Shown: positions 1 through 11,960, counted from the stretch's first letter. The stretch is 64,000 nt of DNA from an uncultured Bdellovibrio sp. (GCA_963932905.1 CAWVRN010000004.1:64001-128000), one strand, 5' to 3'. Program-made: numbers and translations. The notes: generated by a model not told the origin, from the sequence alone.

Positions 1-1889
1 TTAGCGTTATCCCAAGCGCCGCCCGCATTCGCCATGTACAAAGACATAGTCGCGCCAACCGCTAAAGCACCTGCTAGTAAACCAGCAAGAGCCTGAGGAC
101 CCATTAAGAATCCACATAAAACCGGAGCAAGAACTGCGATCATACCTGGAAGGATCATTTGCTTAAGAGCCGCCAGTGTTGCGATATCAACGATTTTAGA
201 TGGTTGAGGTTCAGCTTTACCTTCTAATAAACCTGGAATTTCTTTGAACTGACGACGAATTTCTTCAACGATGTCACCAGCGGCTTTACCAACCGCAGTC
301 ATTGTTGTTGCACCCACTAGGAAAGGCAAGATCGCGCCCAGTAATAGACCAATTAAAACACCCGCAGATGTTAAGTCTAAAGACATGGCTGCTAAACCAG
401 CCGTTGCACGTGTGTGATTTACTTCCATATTGAAAGCACTGAATAAGGCCACAACTGTAAGGATCGCAGAACCAATCGCGAAGCCTTTACCGATAGCTGC
501 CGTTGTATTTCCAACCGCATCTAATTCGTCAGTGATAGCGCGAACGTCTTTACCTAGTCCGCCCATTTCAGCAATACCACCTGCATTGTCTGCGATTGGA
601 CCGTACGCATCTACTGTCATTACAACAGCTGTTCCCGCTAACATACCAACAGCCGCCATCGCGATACCGTATAAACCTAAATAATGATTTGAAACACCAG
701 CAGCGATCACAACGATAATTGTTGGGATAGCTACCGATTCCATACCGACTGCTAAACCACGAATAACGTTAGTCGCAGGACCCGTCATCGAAGCTTCAGC
801 GATCTTTCTAACCGGACCCATTGATGTGTAATAATCAGTTACTAAACCGATCAAAGCACCGCCCACTGAACCCGCTGCTAAAGCGATAGTTACGCCTTGA
901 GAAACATTCCACATAGGCATCAAGATCGCACTCGCGATAGTTAACAAGATAGGTGGAACTAAAAGAGCAAAACGTAAAATTGCTGCCGGAGCAAACATAG
1001 CACGGCATGCACGTGTGATGAAAATTACGATGATAGAGATAATTAAACCAATGGCAGATAGGATCAGAGGCAACACGATCGCCGCGTTTCTGATTGTAGC
1101 TTCATCGCCACCCGGAACTAAGTTCATTAAGGAAGCCGTCGGAATTGTAAATGCAATCGCCATTGTAGAAACGATCGCCGCAACCATCGATTCATAAATG
1201 TCAGCGCCCATACCCGCAACGTCACCCACGTTATCACCTACGTTATCCGCGATAACGCCAGGATTTCTTGGATCGTCTTCAGGAATACCCTGGATAACTT
1301 TACCTGCGATATCTGCACCCACGTCAGCCGCTTTAGTGTAAATACCACCACCGATACGCGCGAATAATGCGATCGATGAAGCTCCCACTGCAAACGAGTG
1401 AAGAATTGTTCCAACAGAGGATTGATCTTTAAATGTAGTGTAAAGAACGCCTAAACCAATCAAACCTAAGCCCGCTACGGCAAGACCCATTACCGCGCCA
1501 CCATCAAGAGCTACAAGTAATGCATTTGGTTTGATACCTGTCGTAGCGGCTTGAGCCGTACGAACGTTAGCGTAGGTTGCGGCCTTCATACCGAAGAAGC
1601 CAGCTAGTAAAGATAAGAATGCGCCTAGCAAGAAGAATACACATGATTCCCAGCCAAGAGCGAAAAATAATGCCGCACCCACAACAACTGAATAGATACC
1701 TAAAACTTTGTACTCGCGTACTAGGAAAGCCATTGAACCTTCGCGAATGTATGTCGCGATACGATTCATCGTTTCGTTACCCGCTGGTTGGGCTTTAACT
1801 TTGAAGTAAAAGAATAAAGCGATTAATAGTCCTACTACACCCGAAATTGCCGGTAAATGCAGCAAGGAAGCATTACTTAAATCCATCAT
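1..1889 (-). CDS. hppA: Membrane-integral ion-translocating pyrophosphatase (K+-dependent, probably Na+-pumping); 3' end runs off the window
   Basis: Not in the ORF track because it has no stop in the window. Manual translation from ATG 1889 ([13 protein letters not shown]...) gives the motifs [35 protein letters not shown] and [11 protein letters not shown]. Confidence 0.95.
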   Translation of the reverse strand, partial: MMDLSNASLLHLPAISGVVGLLIALFFYFKVKAQPAGNETMNRIATYIREGSMAFLVREYKVLGIYSVVVGAALFFALGWESCVFFLLGAFLSLLAGFFGMKAATYANVRTAQAATTGIKPNALLVALDGGAVMGLAVAGLGLIGLGVLYTTFKDQSSVGTILHSFAVGASSIALFARIGGGIYTKAADVGADIAGKVIQGIPEDDPRNPGVIADNVGDNVGDVAGMGADIYESMVAAIVSTMAIAFTIPTASLMNLVPGGDEATIRNAAIVLPLILSAIGLIISIIVIFITRACRAMFAPAAILRFALLVPPILLTIASAILMPMWNVSQGVTIALAAGSVGGALIGLVTDYYTSMGPVRKIAEASMTGPATNVIRGLAVGMESVAIPTIIVVIAAGVSNHYLGLYGIAMAAVGMLAGTAVVMTVDAYGPIADNAGGIAEMGGLGKDVRAITDELDAVGNTTAAIGKGFAIGSAILTVVALFSAFNMEVNHTRATAGLAAMSLDLTSAGVLIGLLLGAILPFLVGATTMTAVGKAAGDIVEEIRRQFKEIPGLLEGKAEPQPSKIVDIATLAALKQMILPGMIAVLAPVLCGFLMGPQALAGLLAGALAVGATMSLYMANAGGAWDNA

Positions 1890-2132
1890 GAACGTCCACC
1901 TTTGATAGTTAATTGGGAACGAATAAAAAGCCTGAGGATTGAGAATTTGTCAACGCTGGTAATAATTTACAAAAATGCGTCAAGCTAGAGGAGCTATTCT
2001 AAAAATCAGTTGTTTTTTAAGATCGGACTGCTAAAACGCCCGGATGCTTTTATCAGATTTTAACCACCGCATGGTATTCGTGTTCTTTTTACTGTTTCTT
2101 TTGACAGTAAATTTCTACGCGAACTTCTAGAG

Positions 2133-3782
2133 CTAAGCGGCTTTCGCCATTTTTTTCTGTTTGTAATTCTCGATTAAATTATTCAGATAATTTTGTGCCT
2201 TATATTTAGTCAAATCGTTCACTTCGGATTTGAGCATATGCACTTCTTTGACACCTTTTTCTACTAAACGCCCTTTTTGATTCGCGTAAAATTTTCCACC
2301 TTTAGGGGTATAGAGGATGTATTTCTTGTTGCAGGGAAGATACAGATACATGTTGAACTCGACCTGTTTGTCGCCTTCCACATCCGCCAATTTGACCGAC
2401 GCCATCGTGGCAGAAGCCGATTCGCGTACTTCCGTGCGAACATTAGTAACCGGGAAGAACGCCATTGCGATTTCGTCCCCGTTATGAACCGATTTTTTCA
2501 AAAACTCGGCATATTCTATGGCCCAGTCTTCGAATTCAATTTTCTTAATTTTCAAATTTAGATTTTCTTTCTCTGAAACAGGTTCACCATTATCTTTCAG
2601 AAATTTGAAAAGCTTTTCTTGGATTGATTTAATGAACTTTCCATCCATCTTTCTATTTTTTCCAAGCGCCGCGATCAAGTAACCATTAAATTTTTCAGAT
2701 TCAACCACGATACAGGCCACTTGCGACGAGTCCGAAACTTCGTTGATGACGTGGCCATCGTTAACTTGAACAGTTTCATCCAAGGCCTGTTTCGTACCTT
2801 TCAGAATTATCGATTCATAGCCGTCAACGACATTACGGCCCATGACTGTGATTGTCTTACCTTTCGTGTCATATTTTCTAGGCGATTTAAGCGGACCCGC
2901 CTCACGAGCGTCTTCGGCTTCGCCTGCGTTTGTTTGTGCTTTTTTGTCGTTTTTGTCTTTACCAATCGAAATTGCATTCGGGGTTTTTCCTAAGGCCCGT
3001 GCCCTGTCGTCACCGTCAAAATCACTCTCGCTATATGAAACAGAACCCGCGGCGCCTTCTTCATCAGAATAATCACCGTTGATTCCACTCAACATTCCGG
3101 GAGATCCCGAACCAGATCTAGCATGATCGATTTTGCTGAGAGAAGGATCCAATGGATTTCCATTTTCATCAAAACCTTCTAACGGAACCCAAGTCCCATT
3201 GCCGCCGGCAACAGAATCGCCGTCCAGCAATTGGGAAAAAATGGACGCCGCTTGATTCCAACCACCACCCTCGACAGTTTCATTTCCTGAAGCAGCCCCG
3301 CCTCCCGATTGGATCATCGTCGTCTTATTGCTAGCATCAGCAGTCGCAAGTGGTTTTCCGTTCGCATCTACCGTAGGCTTTTCATTTTGGTCACGGATCT
3401 TTTTTTCTTGATCACGAATATATTTATTTACTGTCCGTTCAATAGCAGGGCCAGTGGCTGGTGGATTAATTTTATAGCCGCACGCGGCGTCTTGAAGTTT
3501 TCTAAAGGAAACGGACGATGAATTTTCAGCAAACGTAAACACACAAATAGGAAACGATTGAGTCAATACCTTTGGCATTATCAATACTTTCTTATTGGGG
3601 TGATCGACACTTATCATTACAAAGTTTGGCTTTTTTTGAATAATATACGTGAGGAAATCTTTTATATTGGTCGTAGAAAACACAAGCCACTCGCGATTAC
3701 GCAAAAACTGCTCGGCAGCGGATGTCGAACTAGGATTCGACTTTAATATCAAAAGCGTTTTCGAAATTTGAATTTCACTCAT
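2133..3782 (-). CDS. Hypothetical signalling-type protein: pseudo-receiver-like N-terminus, Gly/Asp/Ser-rich linker, conserved-looking C-terminal domains
   Basis: 549-aa ORF. N-terminal alpha/beta pattern resembles a REC domain without the acidic pair or phospho-Asp; low-complexity middle region. Confidence 0.6.
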   Translation of the reverse strand: MSEIQISKTLLILKSNPSSTSAAEQFLRNREWLVFSTTNIKDFLTYIIQKKPNFVMISVDHPNKKVLIMPKVLTQSFPICVFTFAENSSSVSFRKLQDAACGYKINPPATGPAIERTVNKYIRDQEKKIRDQNEKPTVDANGKPLATADASNKTTMIQSGGGAASGNETVEGGGWNQAASIFSQLLDGDSVAGGNGTWVPLEGFDENGNPLDPSLSKIDHARSGSGSPGMLSGINGDYSDEEGAAGSVSYSESDFDGDDRARALGKTPNAISIGKDKNDKKAQTNAGEAEDAREAGPLKSPRKYDTKGKTITVMGRNVVDGYESIILKGTKQALDETVQVNDGHVINEVSDSSQVACIVVESEKFNGYLIAALGKNRKMDGKFIKSIQEKLFKFLKDNGEPVSEKENLNLKIKKIEFEDWAIEYAEFLKKSVHNGDEIAMAFFPVTNVRTEVRESASATMASVKLADVEGDKQVEFNMYLYLPCNKKYILYTPKGGKFYANQKGRLVEKGVKEVHMLKSEVNDLTKYKAQNYLNNLIENYKQKKMAKAA

Positions 3783-3911
3783 ATTTTTTAACCGTTTAGA
3801 TGGCCAATTTATTGACCATCTAAATTAATTACTCGGCAAGTAAAGAGAGCTCATTTAGGCTCTCTTTATTTAAACACCGATTTAAGTGAAATACTGGACT
3901 GGATTTTAGGC

Positions 3912-4910
3912 TTAAAAATCCGCGATAGTATCAACCAATTCAGGGTGGTCGATAAAAGGATTTCTGTTTCCTTGAACTTTATAGATCTCGTCATTGCGAA
4001 GAAGTTCTTCGGCATCCACAGGAAACTGTTTATGCCAAATTCTTAAGCTAGCTTCTTGAGCGGGCTCAATTTTCATATCGTAGCGAAGCGCAAAGTAGAG
4101 CAAGGCGCGTGCAACATGACCTTTGTGCACATCCGGTGGCTCAAATGTCGGACCGCGAATAGAATCACTTGTCCCAAAACGAGATTGGCCACACTTGAGA
4201 TTCTCTTTATCTTTCACAACTTCACCAAATGGATAACTGCTACGAATTCCGTTTAACTGGGAATCTGTTGGAAATAAATGATGCAAATCTGATTTCTGTG
4301 TTTCCTGAGGGTATTTACCTGTGAAACGGCTTTGTGGCCAAGTATGTTCAACATTGATCACGCGATTATCAGGAACATAGTTAGGACGTGGTGATTGTTT
4401 ACTGCCTTTGAATTCATCGGGACCATAAAGTTTATTGCAATAGGCTTCTTTGATTGCGTACTGATTTCCCACTTGCACTAAGTAGAAGTAACCCATCAAA
4501 AACAAACGAGCACGATCATAACCTAGCGGTGTTTGTTGGTAACAATTTTTATCTCCCGGAGGACAACGATCAACTAAAGTATCTAGTTGACCAGGGCGAG
4601 ACACGTGAGCGTAATTTAAAACCTGACGTAAAGTATTTCTCATATCTGTTCCGACAGCACGTGATTTCATTGCGCTGTACACACTGGAAGTGTAGTACGG
4701 AATATAGCGCGACATATAGCCACCCGTTTTTGGGTTTCTAATGTTCAAAGCACCTGACGCAGATCGTGTGATCAGCTGTGGTTGCGCGTATGGATTTCTT
4801 TGAAGTGGACCACCAGCAACAATCGCTGAGGCGCTATGTGTGGTGAGTGCGATCAGTGTTACAACACCGAAAATATTTTTCAGAACCGACTTTGCAAGAG
4901 TCTTCATCAT
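3912..4910 (-). CDS. Secreted endonuclease I family (EndA/Dns-type) nuclease
   Basis: Motifs NVEHTWPQS, SDLHHLFPTD, KGHVARALLYFALRY, QGNRNPFIDHP. Signal peptide follows MMKTL; GGGGGA SD favours a start at 4910 or 4907 over 4964. Confidence 0.9.
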   Translation of the reverse strand: MMKTLAKSVLKNIFGVVTLIALTTHSASAIVAGGPLQRNPYAQPQLITRSASGALNIRNPKTGGYMSRYIPYYTSSVYSAMKSRAVGTDMRNTLRQVLNYAHVSRPGQLDTLVDRCPPGDKNCYQQTPLGYDRARLFLMGYFYLVQVGNQYAIKEAYCNKLYGPDEFKGSKQSPRPNYVPDNRVINVEHTWPQSRFTGKYPQETQKSDLHHLFPTDSQLNGIRSSYPFGEVVKDKENLKCGQSRFGTSDSIRGPTFEPPDVHKGHVARALLYFALRYDMKIEPAQEASLRIWHKQFPVDAEELLRNDEIYKVQGNRNPFIDHPELVDTIADF

Positions 4911-5091
4911 TCCCCCGTAGTCAGGCCTTGAGGAGCCTGGTAGAAACACCGAACCATGGTTCAAAAACCTATCATCGGCATATACTGGTTATCAGTTGGG
5001 AACGAAGGTATAAGGCTAGAGTCTTTATTTCAACTACTATTTTAACAGGATTTTGTTTTTTTGCGGAGCGCATTTAAGCAGTTTTTAAATG

Positions 5092-6072
5092 CTAAGAAGT
5101 AGGGCGATTTTTCCAATCGTAGGCGGTTTTACAAATCACTTTCAGGTCATTGTACTGGGGCGACCAGTGAAGTTCCGATTTGATCTTATCAGCCTGGGCC
5201 AACACTTTCGCGGGATCACCGGGGCGACGATTTAGAATCTCATAGGCGATCTTTTTACCCGACACTTCTTCCATCATCTTCAGGGCCTGAAGAACGCTAA
5301 ACCCCTGGCCATAACCACAGTTAAAGATTTGTAGGTAGTTAGTCTCATTAATTAATTTCTCAGCGGCAAGGATATGAGCATGAGCAATATCTTCCACGTG
5401 GATAAAATCACGAACACCCGTTCCGTCCGCCGTTGGGTAATCATTTCCAAAAACAGACATTGTAGCCTGACGACCCATTGCCGTTTCCGTTAGGTGATGA
5501 AATAAATGATTCGCGTTAGGATTTTTCTGCCCTAGTTTATTATCAAAACTAGCACCGGCTACATTAAAATAGCGCAAAATAATCGCGCTTAAACCATGAG
5601 CCGCATGTACATGGGCTACCATACGCTCGCCAAATACTTTAGACTCACCGTATGGATTAATAGGCATTAATTCATCAGTTTCCGATACAAAATCCTTATG
5701 AGTATCCCCGTAAACCGCCGCGGTTGAAGAGAAAATGATTTTCTTCACGCCAACCTTCACCGCATTTTGTAAAAGATTCATCGTACCAAAGGAGTTATTC
5801 TCGAAATAGTCTAACGGATTTTCAATAGATTCAGGTACAGAGGTTTTAGCGGCAAAGTGCATGATAAGATCAATTTTGTTATCTTTCATCACGCGCCCAG
5901 GAAGTTCGCGATCGCGAATATCCCCAAGAACAAATTTGCACTTGGGGTGAAGGAATTCTTTATGTCCCGTCGATAAATTGTCGTAAACTACAACGTGATG
6001 ACCACGTTCAATCAATCGATGACTTGCAAAAGATCCAATATAGCCGGCGCCGCCTGTAACTAAAATATTCAT
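5092..6072 (-). CDS. galE: UDP-glucose 4-epimerase
   Basis: TGGAGYIGS, FSSTAAVYG, PYGESK, LRYFNVAGA, DGTGVRDFIHV. Confidence 0.93.
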   Translation of the reverse strand: MNILVTGGAGYIGSFASHRLIERGHHVVVYDNLSTGHKEFLHPKCKFVLGDIRDRELPGRVMKDNKIDLIMHFAAKTSVPESIENPLDYFENNSFGTMNLLQNAVKVGVKKIIFSSTAAVYGDTHKDFVSETDELMPINPYGESKVFGERMVAHVHAAHGLSAIILRYFNVAGASFDNKLGQKNPNANHLFHHLTETAMGRQATMSVFGNDYPTADGTGVRDFIHVEDIAHAHILAAEKLINETNYLQIFNCGYGQGFSVLQALKMMEEVSGKKIAYEILNRRPGDPAKVLAQADKIKSELHWSPQYNDLKVICKTAYDWKNRPTS

Positions 6073-6107
6073 GTCAGGACGCTAACACCGATACTGCTAA
6101 GAATCAA
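6073..6107 (-). promoter_or_regulatory. sigma70-type promoter with leaderless geometry for galE
   Basis: TTGATT-N17-TAGCGT (with TGn extension)-N6-ATG; no SD. Confidence 0.6.
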
Positions 6108-6132
6108 CCCGGCTTTTAATCAGAATCAATAT

Positions 6133-6921
6133 CTAGAATCCTAATGCGAATTTGAAGGCATAGCGATCGGTTCCAAATGCATTCGAATACTCAACGCCCA
6201 TTTTTAAAAGAAGCAAGTTCACGTCAACACCAGCCAAAGTCTGAGTCGATGAATTCGTTTTCTTTTGTGATTGTGCCGTCGTGTACGACGGATCAAATAC
6301 TGCGCTGCCCGTTGCCGTTAATTCATTTGAAGAACTTAACATACCGAAACCAAGGTACGGCTCAACCACAGGAATCATCGGCGAGATCAAGATTTGTAAA
6401 CCACTGACCGAGTTTTTGTTTTCTATGTCTGTCGTTACTCCGGATTGCGTTTGAGAAAAACTGAATCCAGATGTCGAGTAAACACCACGTAATGCCAAGT
6501 TAATTGGCAGGACAGGAATGACGTCATTGATATTGTATTTGATTGCCAGAGAGGTCGAATTCAAGCTAGCACCCGACGCAGTCATTTTAGGAAACAAAAC
6601 AGCTTCGGCTGCTAAACCGAATGGAACTCCCACAGCAACCAGGATACCTCCGTTGTATAAATTGGGAAGCTCCGCACCCGCATTTCTTTTGACGATATCG
6701 TTCGTACGTTTTGCGCTAGTTTGCGCGCCAATAAGTCCGACTTGAACGCCGACAACGGTCCCCATTTTAGAGGCACCTAATATTGAACTGTGGGTAAAAT
6801 TACCCGCCATGTCTTTAGAAATTTGATCAAAATCGTCTTCCGTAAGATTTGTAAATGTTGGATCAGCAAACGTCGTTTGAGTTAAAAAGCAAGTCAGTAA
6901 AACCAATAAATATTTTTTCAT
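6133..6921 (-). CDS. Putative outer-membrane beta-barrel protein
   Basis: Signal peptide MKKYLLVLLTCFLTQTTFA, alternating amphipathic strands, terminal Phe (ALGF). AAGGGG SD precedes ATG 6921. Confidence 0.65.
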   Translation of the reverse strand: MKKYLLVLLTCFLTQTTFADPTFTNLTEDDFDQISKDMAGNFTHSSILGASKMGTVVGVQVGLIGAQTSAKRTNDIVKRNAGAELPNLYNGGILVAVGVPFGLAAEAVLFPKMTASGASLNSTSLAIKYNINDVIPVLPINLALRGVYSTSGFSFSQTQSGVTTDIENKNSVSGLQILISPMIPVVEPYLGFGMLSSSNELTATGSAVFDPSYTTAQSQKKTNSSTQTLAGVDVNLLLLKMGVEYSNAFGTDRYAFKFALGF

Positions 6922-7083
6922 ATATTTCCCCTTATTCACCTAGCCTGGCATACCAAATGAACTGGGACAAGTAGTACGCATGGCGCACCTTGAAAAAAGT
7001 AGCGTCCAAACACAGGACACCGTATGAATTTAAAAACCTGTCCTATGCATAGCGTTTGAAACAACAAGCAGAAGGAGTATCAA

Positions 7084-7542
7084 GTGAAAATCATTTCTAC
7101 GTTATTAGTGGTGTTATTAAGCTACAGCCTTTCAGCATTAGCGTGCGGCGAAAAAGTTGAAGTATATAAGGCAAAAACGCGTGGTTCTGAAGTCGCTATT
7201 CAATTGGCAAAGAAAGAAGTTCTAATCGTAAATTCGGGCAGCAAGGCTGTAGCCCCAAAAGACGAATACTCTGGGGCATTAATCCCCTTACGTTTTGAAA
7301 TGGCATCAGAGTCAAAAGTTCGCGACGTCGTAGTTCAAACTGACTCTTTGACAGCACATTTAAACCTCTTTGCTATCTATCGTTGCCCCGGAACCCCAGT
7401 TCAAACGACAGAGTTATATTTGTCTATTAGCAAATACAGCGAAGTTAAAATTTTCCTGTTAGAAGCCGATGAAACTTTAACTGCAGACCGTGCGGCTGAT
7501 TACGTTATAAAGGGCGAAGAAGCTCTTAAGCTTTTAAAATAG
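7084..7542 (+). CDS. Hypothetical secreted protein
   Basis: GTG start with AAGGAG SD, signal peptide, followed by a terminator. Confidence 0.75.
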   Translation: MKIISTLLVVLLSYSLSALACGEKVEVYKAKTRGSEVAIQLAKKEVLIVNSGSKAVAPKDEYSGALIPLRFEMASESKVRDVVVQTDSLTAHLNLFAIYRCPGTPVQTTELYLSISKYSEVKIFLLEADETLTADRAADYVIKGEEALKLLK

Positions 7543-7563
7543 TTTCCATCTTTGATATCTGCC

Positions 7564-7592
7564 AAAAGTCACGCTCAACGCGTGGCTTTTTT
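7564..7592 (+). terminator. Intrinsic terminator
   Basis: AAAAGTCACGC-TCAAC-GCGTGGCTTTT hairpin running into a T6 tract, ~20 nt after the 7542 stop. Confidence 0.8.
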
Positions 7593-7682
7593 CGATGAAA
7601 TTCTTACCTGTATAAAGTTCTGACAATTGTGAGAACGTCGCCTCTCTTATATTGTGTTTAGTCTCACCGCAGGAGGGAACCC

Positions 7683-8219
7683 ATGAAAATACAACTCGGC
7701 TTAGCTGGTTTGTTTTTGGGCATATCGGTCATGGCTCAAGGACTGGTTAGCACTTATTCCTCTATCGATTTAAGAAAATGCACCAATTATCAAGAAGGTG
7801 AAGGTGGTGTTTCGGCAGATTGCCAAGGACCAGACGGAGTAGTCTTAGAAATCTCGAGTGGTGATTGGGAAAACATGTGGATTAGCTATAAAGGAAAACG
7901 TTTTGAAACATGGACCTTGTTAATTTCGGCGGGTTCTTTCACTCGTATCGGCGGTGACAATCAAGTTGTGGAATGGATTTTAGATAAATCAGTCGAAGGA
8001 AAAACACGCGTTCATTCACTTATCGCGCGCGTTAGCGGCAATATCAGCGCGAACTCGCAAACAAGAGCCTCTAAATTATTGGTATTTGGTTTTTCTTCTT
8101 TGGGCGTATGCTATCGTGGTGAATCGACATCAAACTTAGCTGCTCGTCAAATCGCTGAATCAAACCAGTGCCTTAAAAACTTGCCCATGACTTTGCCCAA
8201 ACCATCCAGTAATCATTGA
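7683..8219 (+). CDS. Hypothetical secreted protein
   Basis: AGGAGGG SD, signal peptide, four Cys in a paired arrangement. Confidence 0.75.
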   Translation: MKIQLGLAGLFLGISVMAQGLVSTYSSIDLRKCTNYQEGEGGVSADCQGPDGVVLEISSGDWENMWISYKGKRFETWTLLISAGSFTRIGGDNQVVEWILDKSVEGKTRVHSLIARVSGNISANSQTRASKLLVFGFSSLGVCYRGESTSNLAARQIAESNQCLKNLPMTLPKPSSNH

Positions 8220-8246
8220 TTTTCGCTAGTAACGAGAAACTATTTA

Positions 8247-11200
8247 TTAGAGCAGAGGCGCGAGCCACTTTTTTAACAATGCTTCATCTAAATTTCTATT
8301 TTTAATATGGCAATCTAATTGATCTTTACCGATGCGACTGACAAAAAAGTAAGTCGATTCTGGATGGAAGAAATAAAAACCACTTACGGAACTCGCTGGA
8401 GTCATCGCCGCAGACTCGGTCAAACCTACACCAATGCGTTTTTGAACCTGCATTAAATCCCAAATTTGAAATTTATGTAAATGATCGGGACACGAAGGGT
8501 AACCAGGCGCCGGACGCAGGCCACGGTATTTTTCTTTGATCAAATCATCGACCGTTAAAGCCTCTTTCTGACCATGAGCAAATAATTTACGTGTCTGAAA
8601 ATGTGCCCACTCAGCCAAACCTTCAGCTAAACGATCCCCTAGCGACTTAATCAAAATAGACTGATAGTCATCCCCTTTTTTTGCAGCTTCATCTGCTAGC
8701 GTCTCGATTTGTGGCCCAGCGGTCACACAAAACGTACCCATGTAATCGGTTGTATTTTCTGATTTAGGCGCCACAAAATCACTTAGGCAATAATGAACAT
8801 TATTGTTGATTTCACTGGGACGCTGCTGACGTAAGAAATGAAAAACATGTGTTTTATCTGGTCCTTCCACTTCCACAGTTTCATTTTCACTGCGTGCTTT
8901 GAAAATTCCGATTAAAACTTTAGGTGTCACCAGTTTTTGATCTACAATCTTCTTTAACAGAACCTGAGCTTCATCAAATAATTTTTTAGCTTCCGCACCA
9001 CTTTGCGCATTTTCCAAAATTTTCGGGTATGTACCTTTTAAACCCCATGACCAAAAGAACGGCGACCAATCAATATAGGGAACTATATCTGCTAATGCCG
9101 GTGTCATTTCGATAACACCCGTTTGTTTCGGTTCTTCAATCTGGGCCGACGCTTTACTCCATTTAAATGGACTCTTACGAGCTTCCTCTAACGAAACCAA
9201 TTCTGTTTCAGATTTCCTAGATAAATAGGCTTCGCGAATTTGCCGATACTCTTCTTTGATCTTCAAACGATACGTATCACGCTGTGACCCGATCAAATGC
9301 GAACAGGCTTCTACCACGAGTGACGCATCACCGACGTGAACGACTGGTCCTGGGTAATGGGGATCAATTTTTACGGCCGTGTGAACTTTAGATGTCGTAG
9401 CGCCACCAATTAACAACGGAACATCATAACCGGAATCACGAAACTGCTGAGCGTTGAATATCATTTCTTCAAGTGATGGTGTAATCAAACCAGATAAACC
9501 GATGATATCGGCTTTGTGTTTCTTAGCTTCTTCCAGAATTTTTTGGATAGAAACCATCACTCCTAAATCAATCACTTTATAACCGTTACAAGCTAGCACC
9601 ACACCAACTATGTTTTTACCGATATCGTGAACATCGCCTTTTACGGTCGCAATCACAAATACGGGCTGATTGTTAGACGTCACTTTTTCGGCATCCATCA
9701 ATGGTTCAAGGTACGCCACCGCTTTTTTCATCACGCGCGCACTCTTCACCACTTGAGGTAAAAACATTTTTCCCTGACCAAACAATTCGCCCACGACTTT
9801 CATGCCATCCATCAACGGACCTTCGATCACATTCAGTGGACGTTTGTATTTTTCCACTGCTTGTTTAGTATCTTCGGTAATAAACTCATCGACGCCTTTG
9901 ACTAAGGCATACTCAATACGTTTTTCTAAAGATAGCTGACGCCAATCATTTTGTTTGACCGATTTTACGCCAGAATCAGTTAGGTCGATATTCTTGCCGG
10001 TATTCGCATCAGCCCATTGAATCAGTTTTTCCGAAGCATCTGGTGATTGATTTAAAATAACCGCTTCGCACAGGCGACGCAGTTCCGGGTCAATATTTTC
10101 GTATACTTCCAGCATACCGGCATTCACGATACCCATATCCAGCCCAGCTTTAATGGCGTGGAACAGGAAAACGCTATGCATGGCTTCGCGCACTTTATTA
10201 TTTCCGCGGAACGAGAATGACAAATTTGATATACCACCGGAAGTTAAAACTCCAGGGCACACGGTTTTAATTTCCTTTAACGCTTCGATGAAATCTAAAC
10301 CAAAGCGATTATGTTCTTCCATTCCCGTAGCCACGGTTAACACATTGGGATCGAATATAATATCTTCGGGATGGAAATTTAGTTTCTTAGTTAGTAAATC
10401 ATAGGCCCGCTTGCAGATTTTAACTTTGTCTTCAAACGTTGCCGCTTGTCCTTCTTCATCAAACGCCATCACAACAACAGCGGCACCTAACTTTTGAATT
10501 TCACGCGCTTGATTCAAGAACACGGTTTCGCCCTCTTTTAGCGAAATCGAGTTAACTACGCTTTTACCTTGAAGGCATTTCAAACCCGCCTGAATCACTT
10601 CAAATTTCGACGAATCAATCATAATAGGAATTTTAGAAATATCAGGTTCCGAAACTATCAAATTTAAGAAATCGATCATCAATTGTTTGGAATCTAGCAT
10701 GCCCTCGTCAAAATTGACGTCCAAAATATTGGCGCCATTTTCAACTTGCTGACGAGCAATCGTCAATCCACCAGATAACGAACCCTCTTTGATTAGCTTT
10801 GCAAACTTAGGTGATCCAGTTACGTTGGTACGCTCACCGACCATCATAAATGATCTCTCACCAATAGTAGGTGTTTCCAAAGGCTCTAAGCCTGATAATC
10901 TAAATCGAACGGGCTTAGCTGAAATAACATGTGGTTTATCCGAGCGTAAGTTCGTCGCAATCGCTGCTATGTGGGCCGGCGTAGTTCCACAACAACCACC
11001 CACGATATTCACATGACCCGCTTTCGACATTTTCCCTAATTCAGCGGCAATTGAGGCTGGAGTTTCATCGTACCCTGTTGGGCTCAACGGATTCGGCAGG
11101 CCCGCATTCGGGTAGCAGCTTACATAGCAGTCAGCCATTTCAGCTAGCTCTTGGATGTAGGGACGCATATCACTGGCACCCAGGGCGCAGTTTATACCAA

Positions 11201-11960
11201 CACTTAAAGGCCGCGAATGGCGAACGCTAAACCAAAATGACTTCAATGTTTGGCCCGATAAAGTACGACCAGATAAATCCGTGATTGTTACCGACAACAT
11301 CAACGCAAACTTTGTGCGATATTCCTCTTGTAGTGTTTCGATCGCGTACAAGCAGGCTTTTAAGTTCAAAGTATCAAATGTCGTTTCGGGAAGTAAAATA
11401 TCACAGCCTTCATCGATGAAAACTTTCGCTTGTCCGTAGTAGGCTTTGACTAACTCATCAAACGTAACACCACGATATTCTGGACGCTCCACATCCGGTG
11501 AAAGCGAAGCGGTTTTATTGGTTGGACCTAGCGCCCCGGCGACGTAGGCCTTACGACCCGTTTTTTTAAAGTAGTCATCGCGTGCGCGGATAGCGATACG
11601 AGTCGCTTGTTTGTTGATTTCATCTACCCAGCTTTCTAATTCGTAGTCAGCCTGGGAAATGGTCGTTCCATTGAACGTGTTAGTTTCGATAATATCAGCA
11701 CCCGCTTCCAAGTACTGCATATGAATTTCATAGATGACTTCCGGTCGGGTAATACACAATAAATCATTATTACCTTTTAAATCTTTCTTAGGATTTGGGA
11801 AATGAGTTCCTCGATAGTCGGCCTCCGTCAGCTTATACTGCTGAATCATGGTGCCCATAGCGCCATCGATAATCAAAATTTCGTGCTTTAAGCGTTCTTC
11901 CAGCTCAAGCAATACAGGAGTCTTAATAAAATCGGCCGGGGAAACCCAAGTTTGTTCCAA
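8247..11960 (-). CDS. metH: Cobalamin-dependent methionine synthase
   Basis: [38 protein letters not shown] (B12-binding), [12 protein letters not shown]; full length at 1237 aa; TTG start. Confidence 0.98.
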   Translation of the reverse strand: MEQTWVSPADFIKTPVLLELEERLKHEILIIDGAMGTMIQQYKLTEADYRGTHFPNPKKDLKGNNDLLCITRPEVIYEIHMQYLEAGADIIETNTFNGTTISQADYELESWVDEINKQATRIAIRARDDYFKKTGRKAYVAGALGPTNKTASLSPDVERPEYRGVTFDELVKAYYGQAKVFIDEGCDILLPETTFDTLNLKACLYAIETLQEEYRTKFALMLSVTITDLSGRTLSGQTLKSFWFSVRHSRPLSVGINCALGASDMRPYIQELAEMADCYVSCYPNAGLPNPLSPTGYDETPASIAAELGKMSKAGHVNIVGGCCGTTPAHIAAIATNLRSDKPHVISAKPVRFRLSGLEPLETPTIGERSFMMVGERTNVTGSPKFAKLIKEGSLSGGLTIARQQVENGANILDVNFDEGMLDSKQLMIDFLNLIVSEPDISKIPIMIDSSKFEVIQAGLKCLQGKSVVNSISLKEGETVFLNQAREIQKLGAAVVVMAFDEEGQAATFEDKVKICKRAYDLLTKKLNFHPEDIIFDPNVLTVATGMEEHNRFGLDFIEALKEIKTVCPGVLTSGGISNLSFSFRGNNKVREAMHSVFLFHAIKAGLDMGIVNAGMLEVYENIDPELRRLCEAVILNQSPDASEKLIQWADANTGKNIDLTDSGVKSVKQNDWRQLSLEKRIEYALVKGVDEFITEDTKQAVEKYKRPLNVIEGPLMDGMKVVGELFGQGKMFLPQVVKSARVMKKAVAYLEPLMDAEKVTSNNQPVFVIATVKGDVHDIGKNIVGVVLACNGYKVIDLGVMVSIQKILEEAKKHKADIIGLSGLITPSLEEMIFNAQQFRDSGYDVPLLIGGATTSKVHTAVKIDPHYPGPVVHVGDASLVVEACSHLIGSQRDTYRLKIKEEYRQIREAYLSRKSETELVSLEEARKSPFKWSKASAQIEEPKQTGVIEMTPALADIVPYIDWSPFFWSWGLKGTYPKILENAQSGAEAKKLFDEAQVLLKKIVDQKLVTPKVLIGIFKARSENETVEVEGPDKTHVFHFLRQQRPSEINNNVHYCLSDFVAPKSENTTDYMGTFCVTAGPQIETLADEAAKKGDDYQSILIKSLGDRLAEGLAEWAHFQTRKLFAHGQKEALTVDDLIKEKYRGLRPAPGYPSCPDHLHKFQIWDLMQVQKRIGVGLTESAAMTPASSVSGFYFFHPESTYFFVSRIGKDQLDCHIKNRNLDEALLKKWLAPLL

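Noticed and set aside
430..1798. Three short + strand ORFs (430, 1015, 1577)
   Set aside because: Antisense shadows of the pyrophosphatase gene. The same applies to the many 60-125 aa ORFs nested in or opposite larger genes across the window.
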